Shown here one piece after another: positions 1-7,661 of a stretch of 37,266 nt of DNA; position 1 is the first letter of the stretch; each line of letters begins with the position of its first letter. The DNA comes from Spirochaetales bacterium (GTDB lineage: Bacteria > Spirochaetota > Spirochaetia > DSM-27196 > SLST01), in assembly GCA_019038705.1 (NCBI GenBank), contig JAHOYX010000186.1, positions 1-37,266 of the forward strand, given 5' to 3'. The notes beneath the pieces are model-generated. The model saw nothing but the letters and a program-made list of their open reading frames with translations. It had not been told where the DNA came from and did no database searches. The position numbers were made by a program, and so were the translations under genes.

Positions 1-15
1 GTGAAGACGGACGAA

Positions 16-231
16 ATGCGACACGAGTTTTCTGCAATCATTGAGCGAGACCAGGAGTGGTACATTGCCTATTGCCCCGAACTCCCAGGGGCAAATGGTC
101 AAGGGGCGACCCTTGAGGAATGCAAGGACAGTCTGAAAGACGCTATCCGCTTGATCCTGGAGGACAGACTTCAAGACAGTCTTGCGGGCATGCCAGACGA
201 CGCCATCCGTGACGTAGTCGAAATCGACTGA
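16..231 (+). CDS. hicB: HicB-family antitoxin (short, no C-terminal DNA-binding domain)
   Basis: Typical HicB N-terminal fold sequence 'IIERDQEWYIAYCPELPGANGQGATLEE'; directly upstream of hicA. ATG at 16 preferred; ORF track uses GTG at 1 (window edge). Confidence 0.85.
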   Translation: MRHEFSAIIERDQEWYIAYCPELPGANGQGATLEECKDSLKDAIRLILEDRLQDSLAGMPDDAIRDVVEID

Positions 232-233
232 GT

Positions 234-419
234 GTGAAGCGCGAGATGCTTCTGCGTCATCTAAGACGGCGCGGCTGCCTACTCAAGCGAGAGGGCAGAT
301 CCCACAGCCTGTGGCTCAATCCTCAAACGGGAAGTATGGAAGCGGTGCCGCGGCATACGGAGATCTCAAATCGACTTGCACAGAAGATCTGCCGTGGCCT
401 GGGATTGCCGGCTCCATAG
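234..419 (+). CDS. hicA: HicA-family mRNA interferase toxin
   Basis: 61 aa, basic, 'REGRSHSLW...VPRH.EI....ICR.LG' HicA pattern with the catalytic His; 2 nt after the hicB stop. Confidence 0.88.
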   Translation: MKREMLLRHLRRRGCLLKREGRSHSLWLNPQTGSMEAVPRHTEISNRLAQKICRGLGLPAP

Positions 420-433
420 TTACTGCGCCATCT

Positions 434-1303
434 CTACACGAAGTCGCGGGCGCTCTTCATGAAGGACTCGTAGAGAGCGGGCGCCTCGTCAATGAACGCT
501 CTGATTCGAGAGAATCGCAGATCCAGGTATTCGTGGGCAAGCATGTTGCGGAGCCGGGTGAACTCCGCCAACTCGTCGCACACCTTCGGATCAAACGCAT
601 CCACGGCCCCCAGCGCTTCCACGGTTTCCCGGTAGGTTCGCGGCATACGTCCTCGTTTGGACGCCAGGATCGTCTTGGCTATGTCGATCGTTGCATTCAC
701 CAGGTTCTCGACCCACCGTTCCAGGTTCCGCCGGAAACTCCGGTCTCGCACGTACTCCTGCTTGCCCGCATCCTGAAACTCGCCGATGTCAGCCAATTCC
801 TCATCCAGGAAGTCCAGCGAGCGAAGGAGTCGAGTTCGATCTGTCGGTGAAAGCGATCGTGACCGGGCCTTGACCTGGGCGAAGTCTTCTGCAAATCGAT
901 CAAACTCTTCCGCGTCGTTGGTCACGGTCAGAAAGTACCGCCAGTAGAGAGCCCGATCGGCTATGACTACCGGGATGCCGTCAAAGAAGACGCTCGCCGC
1001 AAGCGCTGTGGGCGCCCGGTTGAGCACCACCAGGTCCACCTCCGCGCCGGCAATCTCCTCCACGCGCCGCCACACCGCACGCTCTCCGGGGTATTCGGTG
1101 TCCGCCTCTATCTCCAGAGTTGCACTGTGGGGCGGTGCGCCATGATCTCCTTCGGCCGGGCGGAAGTACACGGCAACATCCACGTCTGACTCATCGGTCT
1201 GGGTCTCCCTGGCCTGGGAGCCAAAGAGAAACGCCATGACAACGTCATCCCGGGTCGCGAAGTAGTCGGTAAGCTCTGCTACCAGGGCGTTCGTATCTGG
1301 CAC
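434..1303 (-). CDS. Fused MNT nucleotidyltransferase (MntA-like) + HEPN/DUF86 (HepT-like) RNase; type VII TA components in one ORF
   Basis: N-half has GS-x10-DxD (GSQARETQTDESDVD) and 'VDLVVLN'; C-half has DUF86-like 'LERWVENLVNATIDIA', 'PRTYRE' and R-x4-HxY (RNMLAHEY). Confidence 0.85.
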   Translation of the reverse strand: MPDTNALVAELTDYFATRDDVVMAFLFGSQARETQTDESDVDVAVYFRPAEGDHGAPPHSATLEIEADTEYPGERAVWRRVEEIAGAEVDLVVLNRAPTALAASVFFDGIPVVIADRALYWRYFLTVTNDAEEFDRFAEDFAQVKARSRSLSPTDRTRLLRSLDFLDEELADIGEFQDAGKQEYVRDRSFRRNLERWVENLVNATIDIAKTILASKRGRMPRTYRETVEALGAVDAFDPKVCDELAEFTRLRNMLAHEYLDLRFSRIRAFIDEAPALYESFMKSARDFV

Positions 1304-1309
1304 GCCATC

Positions 1310-1338
1310 ACGGTATACCGGAGCGGCTTCGGAGACAA
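1310..1338 (-). promoter_or_regulatory. Putative sigma70 promoter of the MNT-HEPN gene (leaderless arrangement)
   Basis: Minus strand TTGTCT-N17-TACCGT, then 6 nt to the GTG start at 1303; no Shine-Dalgarno. Confidence 0.45.
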
Positions 1339-1349
1339 GGGGTTGGTAC

Positions 1350-1376
1350 TGTCACCCATCGCCACGCTGGGTGACA
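1350..1376. repeat. 9-bp perfect inverted repeat (possible operator or hairpin) between divergent genes
   Basis: TGTCACCCA-N9-TGGGTGACA read directly from the sequence. Confidence 0.6.
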
Positions 1377-1442
1377 CCGTAGAATGTTTGGCGCAATATG
1401 CGTATTCTTGTCCCAGGCATCCCGCCACAAGAGGTGAGGCGT

Positions 1443-2483
1443 ATGAAGCGGATCGGTATTCTGTTCCTTCTCGTAGCTGTGCTCTCCGGTGCAGCATTCG
1501 CGCAGGCAGACATCTCCGGAATCGGCACCGATTTCGAGAATCTGATAGAGCAGCTGGGTGAGGACATGCTGCCTAACCTTGAGCAGTCGGCTATCTGGGG
1601 CCAGTTTCCCGGACAAGCTGCGCTACCAGACGATTCCAGGTTCTTCTTCACCATGTCCGCCGGCGCCGTTCTGGGTTTCAACGGGCTGCTGAGTTTCGTG
1701 GAACCGACCAATGCCGCGTTCGAGATTCTGAACGTCTACGAACTCGTCCAGGAGATTGTCGCGGGGAGCGAGCAGGCCGACGACCTGATAACCTTCATCC
1801 AGGGATTCTTCCCCTATCCAGTTGCCCGAAGTGCTCTTGGTTTTCGGCTCCCGGCAGGATTCGAGGCCATGGTGGATTTTGCCATCTTCCCGCAGTTTCT
1901 CGCTAACACGGCAACCAATCTGATTGACGCCGTGCCGCCATTCGAGATGAACACCCTCCATGTTGGCACTCGCGTTCGAAAGGTCCTGCTTCAGGACGCC
2001 CCGGGGGTCCCCGCAGTGTCGGTTGGCGCCGGCTACAGTTACACCGGCTTCAACCTCGCCTACGATTTTACAGGAATGCAAGGGATTTCCACAGCAATAG
2101 GCGAACTCAACTTGGCCGGAGAACTCTACCTCCGGAACCGGATCAACTCATTCGGCCTGGACCTGCAGGTCTCCAAGCAACTCGGCTTCTTCGTGCCTTT
2201 CGTTGGAATCTCACCGTACTACCAGCTTGCGGCCTTCTCGGGCGGGGTGGGAACGACCACGAACGAGTTTGATGCCTATGTCGATTTCTCGGAAACCGCT
2301 GAAGAACGCGACATCCCGTACGACGGTGATCCCCCGGCAACCACCCTGTCCGACAACGACCTGAGTTTCGTCGTTTTCGGCGGCTTCGATCTCGTGTTTG
2401 GCAATCTCGCGCTCCAGGTGCACAGCTCGTACAGCGTGGGCGAGGGATGGCCCGCCGTGACTATCGGAACTCGCTGGCAGTAG
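1443..2483 (+). CDS. Secreted hypothetical protein, probable outer-membrane beta-barrel
   Basis: RBS GAGGTGAGG before ATG 1443; signal peptide MKRIGILFLLVAVLSGAAFA|Q; amphipathic strands (VSVGAGYSY, FGLDLQVSK, VVFGGFDLVF); aromatic end 'VTIGTRWQ'. Confidence 0.6.
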   Translation: MKRIGILFLLVAVLSGAAFAQADISGIGTDFENLIEQLGEDMLPNLEQSAIWGQFPGQAALPDDSRFFFTMSAGAVLGFNGLLSFVEPTNAAFEILNVYELVQEIVAGSEQADDLITFIQGFFPYPVARSALGFRLPAGFEAMVDFAIFPQFLANTATNLIDAVPPFEMNTLHVGTRVRKVLLQDAPGVPAVSVGAGYSYTGFNLAYDFTGMQGISTAIGELNLAGELYLRNRINSFGLDLQVSKQLGFFVPFVGISPYYQLAAFSGGVGTTTNEFDAYVDFSETAEERDIPYDGDPPATTLSDNDLSFVVFGGFDLVFGNLALQVHSSYSVGEGWPAVTIGTRWQ

Positions 2484-2493
2484 CCAACGCGAC

Positions 2494-3222
2494 ATGCCTG
2501 ACGCGGTGACACTCAAATACGACGCGATCCTCATTGACGCAGACGACACCCTGTTCGATTTTCACCAGGCCGAGTACTACGCGCTGGAACGCACCCTTGC
2601 CAATCAAGGTCTGGCCGTCCAGGTCGATTCCATCATCAACGTCTTCAGGGAGATCAATGCCGTTGTCTGGCGCGAATACGAGACCGGCCAATCAACGCCG
2701 GAAGTCATCCGCACCAAGCGGTTCGTGCAGCTGCTGCAGCGTCTCGGATTGAGCACCGACCGCCGGATCGATCCTCAATCCGTGAGCGATTGTTACATAG
2801 AGCACCTGTCGGAGGCCGCGTTCCTGCTTGATGGTGCGCCTGAGCTGCTTGAACGGCTTCTCGGGACGGTGCCGTTGGTCATGCTGACCAACGGGCTCTC
2901 AAGTGTTCAGCGCCCGCGTTTCGCGAAGGCCGACGTGGGCCGCTACTTCCGCGACATCGTGATCAGCGAAGAGGTCGGCGTCCAGAAGCCGGATCCCGAA
3001 GTGTTTCGAATCGCCCTCGAACGAGCGTCCGGCGATGGGGCCGTGAGGCCGGACCGGGCCATCATGATCGGCGACAACCTCCACTCGGACATCCGGGGCG
3101 CGCTGGATGCCGGGCTCCACGCATGCTGGTTCAACCTCCGGGGTCGTTCAAACGATCATGGAGTCCAACCGACTTACACTGTGACATCGCTCGGCGAGAT
3201 CCCGCCCATCCTGGGACTCTAA
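2494..3222 (+). CDS. yjjG: HAD-superfamily hydrolase, YjjG-family pyrimidine nucleotidase
   Basis: Motif I DADDTLFDF, motif II LTNG, 'ISEEVGVQKPDP', motif IV MIGDNLHSDIRGA. Confidence 0.8.
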   Translation: MPDAVTLKYDAILIDADDTLFDFHQAEYYALERTLANQGLAVQVDSIINVFREINAVVWREYETGQSTPEVIRTKRFVQLLQRLGLSTDRRIDPQSVSDCYIEHLSEAAFLLDGAPELLERLLGTVPLVMLTNGLSSVQRPRFAKADVGRYFRDIVISEEVGVQKPDPEVFRIALERASGDGAVRPDRAIMIGDNLHSDIRGALDAGLHACWFNLRGRSNDHGVQPTYTVTSLGEIPPILGL

Positions 3223-3551
3223 ACAACCCACACAGTCTCGTCCCGCAAGACGCGGGCAAACCGTGAGTCCGCGGTCGCCAAACCGGCGCATTCCTCCTCC
3301 GTGTACACCAGAAGATCTGCGGGTACCGGTAAATGAGTTGTATCGAAAGTTGCGGAACGCCGTACAAAGGCGAGATCGTGACCGGTGACCGTGACCACTA
3401 TGTCGATATCGCTTCCGACTCCCGCGTCACCGCGGGCATACGAACCGAAGTAACCGCCGCGGACGATCTGACCGGCATATCTGATTGCCTCGTTGCTCTG
3501 AAGCTGCCCGTAGTGCTGAAACGGCGGGCCCTCCGGATGCCCGTTGGGGCT
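3219..3551 (-). pseudogene. Relic HEPN-MNT toxin-antitoxin pair: HEPN C-terminal fragment joined to an MNT nucleotidyltransferase lacking its N-terminus
   Basis: Manual translation of the startless open frame 3551->3219: SPNGHPEGPPFQHYGQLQSNEAIRYAGQIV-RGGYFGSYARGDAGVGSDIDIVV...LPVPADLLVYTEEE...RFARVLRDETVWVV*. Not in the ORF track. Confidence 0.75.
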
Positions 3552-3566
3552 TCAAGTGGCTGCTAA

Positions 3567-4991
3567 TTAGGGTCCGTCAATGTCCACCGAGGCTATGCCG
3601 GTCTCTCCGGCAATCAAGACTACGCCCGTACTGTCGTCCAGGAAGAGACCGGTCGGGGCGGTAACGATTCCCGCGTAGATAGGCAGAAGTGAGTATGGCC
3701 CACCGTCCGACGACACAATCAGGAAGTGATCAGTCAGGATTGCGTGGTAGTTTGCACCGATGGCCATGTCCTGAACGGTTCGACCGATGGACTCGGTCAC
3801 CACGTCGCTGGTTGGGATGGAGTCCAGGTCCAGGTCAGCTTTCAACACGCTGACGACACCTCTGTTGGTTCCGAGGTAGAGCTCGGTATCAACCAGTGCG
3901 AGTTCCGTGATGGTGGCCTCTTCATCATCAATCGCAACCTCGAAGAATGAGGAAGCCTCGAGAATCCCCTGCACGGTGTTGATGTTCTCGGTGAGAATTC
4001 TCTCCGGCGCCTTGAATGCGCCAAGCTTGCTCGCGAAGTATCCGTCAATCCCGCCGGTGCTGGAGTCAACCACAAGATCTGATATGGGCTGGCCGGAGAT
4101 GAAGGTGCTGAGGTCGATGTCCGCAACCCATTGCTTGGCTCCAACTTCGTTATCGTAGACGCCGCCCAGGCCACCGTCCACCTGGAACCAACCGAAGAGG
4201 TCCCCGCCGGACAGGAATGCTCCGGAGTCAAGAACCGGTGGGAAGTCTGATGGGTAATCCGTGCGAAAGCCCAGCTCCAGCGAGGTGCCGCCAAGATACG
4301 GAAGGATTCCCTTCGTCGTGTTGACCCACGGGACGCCGTACGTCGGCTCTGTAACAAGCGCCCCCATGCCCATGCCGATCGCCTCCTCGCCATCGGGCAG
4401 CGCGGCTCGCACCGTCGCGGAGAGATCGTGGGCGAGCTCAATCGCTTCACCGGCAGACGCCGTGTAGAACAGGAAATCGTCTGGAATCGTCGGTCCGCGC
4501 TGTACGTTCACGATTCCCTTGAGATTCTCACCAAACACGACCGGCACGAGGCCGAAGGGGCTGGTAACTGGGACGAGCTCCTTCAGGGTGGCCTGGCCGG
4601 CGATCACGGCAAACTGATCGCTCACCGCATAGAGCTCCGGCACGAAGATCGTCGCATCACCCCCGGCCACGGGGTCGGCCGCGTCGTTACCGAGGACCAG
4701 AATGATCTGATATCCGGGGCCCGATGGCACCGGTCCGATGGAGACTTCGTTATCCGCCTGCTCGATTTCGACGACCTTGTACGGTGTCGTCTCGCCAATC
4801 GTTACAAGCGCGATTTCGTTCAGCAGGTAGATACGGGCGATCTCCTGATCGGAGGCTTCGCCGGTACTGCTGGCATCGGGAAGCTTAATCCCGACCGATC
4901 CGACGCCGTCGTTCACGGGAACGTAACAGCCGGCGAGGAGGAGGCCGGTGATCAATGCGATTCCAAGAAGCTTGATTGTGTTCTTCATCAT
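3567..4991 (-). CDS. Hypothetical lipoprotein (about 474 aa, beta-rich)
   Basis: Lipoprotein signal MMKNTIKLLGIALITGLLLAG|C; RBS AGGAGGGG; C-terminal propeller-like strings 'LYLGTNRGV', 'YFASKLGA', 'LIAGETGI'. Confidence 0.75.
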   Translation of the reverse strand: MMKNTIKLLGIALITGLLLAGCYVPVNDGVGSVGIKLPDASSTGEASDQEIARIYLLNEIALVTIGETTPYKVVEIEQADNEVSIGPVPSGPGYQIILVLGNDAADPVAGGDATIFVPELYAVSDQFAVIAGQATLKELVPVTSPFGLVPVVFGENLKGIVNVQRGPTIPDDFLFYTASAGEAIELAHDLSATVRAALPDGEEAIGMGMGALVTEPTYGVPWVNTTKGILPYLGGTSLELGFRTDYPSDFPPVLDSGAFLSGGDLFGWFQVDGGLGGVYDNEVGAKQWVADIDLSTFISGQPISDLVVDSSTGGIDGYFASKLGAFKAPERILTENINTVQGILEASSFFEVAIDDEEATITELALVDTELYLGTNRGVVSVLKADLDLDSIPTSDVVTESIGRTVQDMAIGANYHAILTDHFLIVSSDGGPYSLLPIYAGIVTAPTGLFLDDSTGVVLIAGETGIASVDIDGP

Positions 4992-5005
4992 TTCACCCCT
5001 CCTTC

Positions 5006-5650
5006 CTACCACTTCACGGTGATGTAGCCGGAAGAGCGTGGGCCGTCATCAAAATCATCGGGCCCCCGGCCATCTCCGATATCCGCCAGTTGATTCAGTT
5101 CGTCGGCCGGGTTGCTTGGCGCACCCCCGGTCGTCACGCTGATCTGGCCCGGGTTGATGTTCCTGCCCTCGCCAAGCGCGTTCGCAAACTCAACGACGCC
5201 CTCCGTGACGGATAGTTGCCATCCGTTTGTCTCAAACCCGGTGCCGCGAACAGCAGCGGTCGAGAGGGGCCCGCGCACCCGAAAGTCCGCAGATCGACCC
5301 TCGGCCGTGCTGACAGTTGCCCGGACGCGTCCCACCGGCACAAAGACGTTGGTACTCAACGTTCCTTCGCGTTCGATCAATTCTTCCAGGGTGAGGCGTG
5401 TGAGTTGACTGATTTCCAGCACGGAGCCGTTCGCTGCCTCGCCAATTCGGATGATCGCCGAGGCGCCAAACCCGGTGGAAATGGTGGCGTTGAGAGCCAG
5501 TTGCCGGCCAACCGTCGCGGTCTGCCACCCTCCACTCCCTACTCGATACTCAACCTTGCCACTGACCTCGCGGATCATGGCGTCCTGCGCAAAAAGCGGT
5601 GACGCCACCACTGCAAGCAACAGCAGCAGCATGATTGTCGTCTTTTTCAT
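5006..5650 (-). CDS. Secreted FecR-domain protein (about 214 aa)
   Basis: Signal peptide MKKTTIMLLLLLAVVASPLFA|Q; FecR-like 'ISTGFGASAIIR', 'GRVRATV', 'FRVRGPLSTAAVRGTGF', 'LSVTEGVVEF'. Confidence 0.8.
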   Translation of the reverse strand: MKKTTIMLLLLLAVVASPLFAQDAMIREVSGKVEYRVGSGGWQTATVGRQLALNATISTGFGASAIIRIGEAANGSVLEISQLTRLTLEELIEREGTLSTNVFVPVGRVRATVSTAEGRSADFRVRGPLSTAAVRGTGFETNGWQLSVTEGVVEFANALGEGRNINPGQISVTTGGAPSNPADELNQLADIGDGRGPDDFDDGPRSSGYITVKW

Positions 5651-5690
5651 CCCTCGCCTCCCCATCTGCAGGTTTCTCGGAATCAGGGCA

Positions 5691-7094
5691 TTAGAACCGA
5701 AGCACACCCTGCAGGGTGAACTGGTAGTCAACCTTCTTATTTCCCGTGGTCATCACCGCCGCGTTTGGCAGAAAGAGCCCGCCTGCAAGTACGAAGCGGA
5801 GATCGGAGAAGGGCTGGGCCACGATCTTCAGGTCGATATCGGTACCGATATACGCCCCGTCCTCTGTCGCGTCAACCGCGCCCTCCGACACGGGACCCCC
5901 GCCCATCGATCTGAAGTACGAAACGCTGGAAAGCTCGGTCTGAAGGATATCCAGGCCGATGCCTGACAGGGGCCGTAGACTATACGATACCGCAACATGG
6001 CCTGAGTTTCCGGGTTGCAGAGTAAAAACGTCGGAATACGAGCTTGCCGAGATGGGGACAAACGATGTTGCGAGTTCGTTCGTATTCCCGTCGTAGTAGT
6101 CATTTGAATCCGCATCCCCGGTCGAAAACTGACCGCCGAGACGGATGCGTGAGTTCAGCACCTGCGGCAGGAAGTAGCTCAACTCCAGTCCGGCCAGATG
6201 ACCGAAAATCGGGGTGTATTGGTATGAACTACCCGTAATGCTGTCCGCATCTGAGCGGTAGGTGAGAGTCCGGCCCGTGTTGAGTGTGTAGTAGGTTCGA
6301 TGGAAGAATCCCTGAGTGATCCCGCCGGAGAGCATGAGCGACAGATACTGGGTGTCCATCACGCCGCCGCCACCGGTCGGGTCAAATGCGGTCTCAAACT
6401 CCGGAGTCAATTGGGCCTCCGGGCGGAGATCTTCCTGGACAACGGCGCCAAGCGTCAGGTCCTGTCCGGCCACCAGGCTGCGTGCCTGGAACTCAGCCGT
6501 CGCGATGAGTTTGGGCGGAGCAAACGGACTGTAGATCTCCGGATCGTCTTCCGGATTTGCCCCGAGTGCTTCCACGTCAAGGTTACTCATGACGATCGTG
6601 GAGGACGGTTTCTGTATCACCGCGGAGGTTGCGACCCCGGCACTGAACGATGAGGCCGTCCAGCCGATATTCAGTTTCAGGCCGTCCAGTGAATGATCAA
6701 GGACGTAGCCGGTGGAGTCGGAGAACTGCATTCGACCTATCTGGAAGCCGAGCGATCGCGCGCCGCCTGCCTCTGCCGGAAAGGCGCCTCCGAGCACCAA
6801 TCGATCCAAATCCAGCAGACCCCACTTGGTGACTGGCGGGTAGTCGTAGGTGTAGCTGCCCTGTGCATCCAGACTCCATAATCCGAACGAGTGATAGAGC
6901 CACGCCGCGATGGTTGCGCTCTGGACAGGCAGAACGACAATCGGCGTGCCGTTCCTGCCCACTGCACCTACCGGGGCCTTTGCGAGTCCGGTGGTGTTGT
7001 CCAGGTATCCGCCGACGTCCCAGGCGGAGAGCGAAACGGTGATCAGAAGCGCTATCAGGAGAAAGGCGAGCCGTTTCATCGTGATCGATTTCAT
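5691..7094 (-). CDS. Predicted outer-membrane beta-barrel protein, unknown function
   Basis: Signal peptide (MKRLAFLLIALLITVSLSA|W), alternating strands, 'YIGTDIDL' and 'LAGGLFLP' as in alginate-export-like barrels, and C-terminal Phe (LQGVLRF) matching a BamA beta-signal. Start could be 7079. Confidence 0.7.
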   Translation of the reverse strand: MKSITMKRLAFLLIALLITVSLSAWDVGGYLDNTTGLAKAPVGAVGRNGTPIVVLPVQSATIAAWLYHSFGLWSLDAQGSYTYDYPPVTKWGLLDLDRLVLGGAFPAEAGGARSLGFQIGRMQFSDSTGYVLDHSLDGLKLNIGWTASSFSAGVATSAVIQKPSSTIVMSNLDVEALGANPEDDPEIYSPFAPPKLIATAEFQARSLVAGQDLTLGAVVQEDLRPEAQLTPEFETAFDPTGGGGVMDTQYLSLMLSGGITQGFFHRTYYTLNTGRTLTYRSDADSITGSSYQYTPIFGHLAGLELSYFLPQVLNSRIRLGGQFSTGDADSNDYYDGNTNELATSFVPISASSYSDVFTLQPGNSGHVAVSYSLRPLSGIGLDILQTELSSVSYFRSMGGGPVSEGAVDATEDGAYIGTDIDLKIVAQPFSDLRFVLAGGLFLPNAAVMTTGNKKVDYQFTLQGVLRF

Positions 7095-7567
7095 CGATTC
7101 GCCCCCTGCTCCAGTCGATGTAGATCTTCAAGGAAGATGCCCGTCACGCTCAGCAGAAAACTGCCGGAAAACTGGTCGGCCGGGCCAACCCTGATTGGTG
7201 ACCAGCCGGAGTAGGTGAACTCGCGAGTGGCGTATCGCGGGCCGGGGAAGATTCGGTACATCAAGCCGCCCTTCACTTCGAAGACCTGCATGAGCAGATG
7301 CGCAAGCCGGCCAAATCCGGCCGGGTCGTCCGCGGAGATCGCAGGGTCCAGCCATCCGGCCTGAATTGCCACCTCTACGGCCTTCTGCGGGGACGAATCG
7401 TCGTTGACGAGTTCTCCGGCGGAGAGGGCCACGTAGGCGGCGGAGCCTACCGTTGCGACGTCCTGCGCGAGAATCTGATCGATTATCTCGTTGGACTGAG
7501 CCGCGGCGCCGAGCGTGACTACCAGCAGCAGTGCGAAGACTAGAACGAGCCGTCGTCGGTTGGCCAT
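7091..7567 (-). CDS. Small secreted hypothetical protein (about 158 aa), possibly SLH-like
   Basis: RBS GGAGGAG before ATG 7567; signal peptide MANRRRLVLVFALLLVVTLGAAA|Q; stop overlaps the next start (ATGA 7094-7091). Confidence 0.7.
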   Translation of the reverse strand: MANRRRLVLVFALLLVVTLGAAAQSNEIIDQILAQDVATVGSAAYVALSAGELVNDDSSPQKAVEVAIQAGWLDPAISADDPAGFGRLAHLLMQVFEVKGGLMYRIFPGPRYATREFTYSGWSPIRVGPADQFSGSFLLSVTGIFLEDLHRLEQGANR

Positions 7568-7599
7568 TGCCTTCTCCTCCCGGGCGGGATCCGATTCCG

Positions 7600-7628
7600 A
7601 ATATACTCTTATTCCACACCCCGTGCAA
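7600..7628 (-). promoter_or_regulatory. Putative sigma70 promoter of the envelope operon
   Basis: Minus strand TTGCAC-N17-TATATT upstream of the RBS of 7567. Confidence 0.6.
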
Positions 7629-7640
7629 TTATAGTAGGAT
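7612..7640 (+). promoter_or_regulatory. Putative sigma70 promoter of the CHASE2 cyclase
   Basis: TTCCAC-N17-TAGGAT (alternative -10 TATAGT at 7630); RBS GGAGGT before ATG 7662. Confidence 0.4.
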
Positions 7641-7661
7641 TGCCGACAGCGGAGGTAGGAT

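Noticed and set aside
3333-3566. 77-aa plus-strand ORF (MSCIESCG...) filling the gap after yjjG
   Set aside because: It is the antisense shadow of the HEPN-MNT relic, which has recognisable motifs; this ORF has none.
3223-3566. Possible structured ncRNA (tmRNA/RNase P-sized gap) and a short GTGACC triple repeat near 3378-3396
   Set aside because: No tRNA-like ends or RNase P signature seen; the region translates as MNT, and the repeat encodes 'VVTVTG'.
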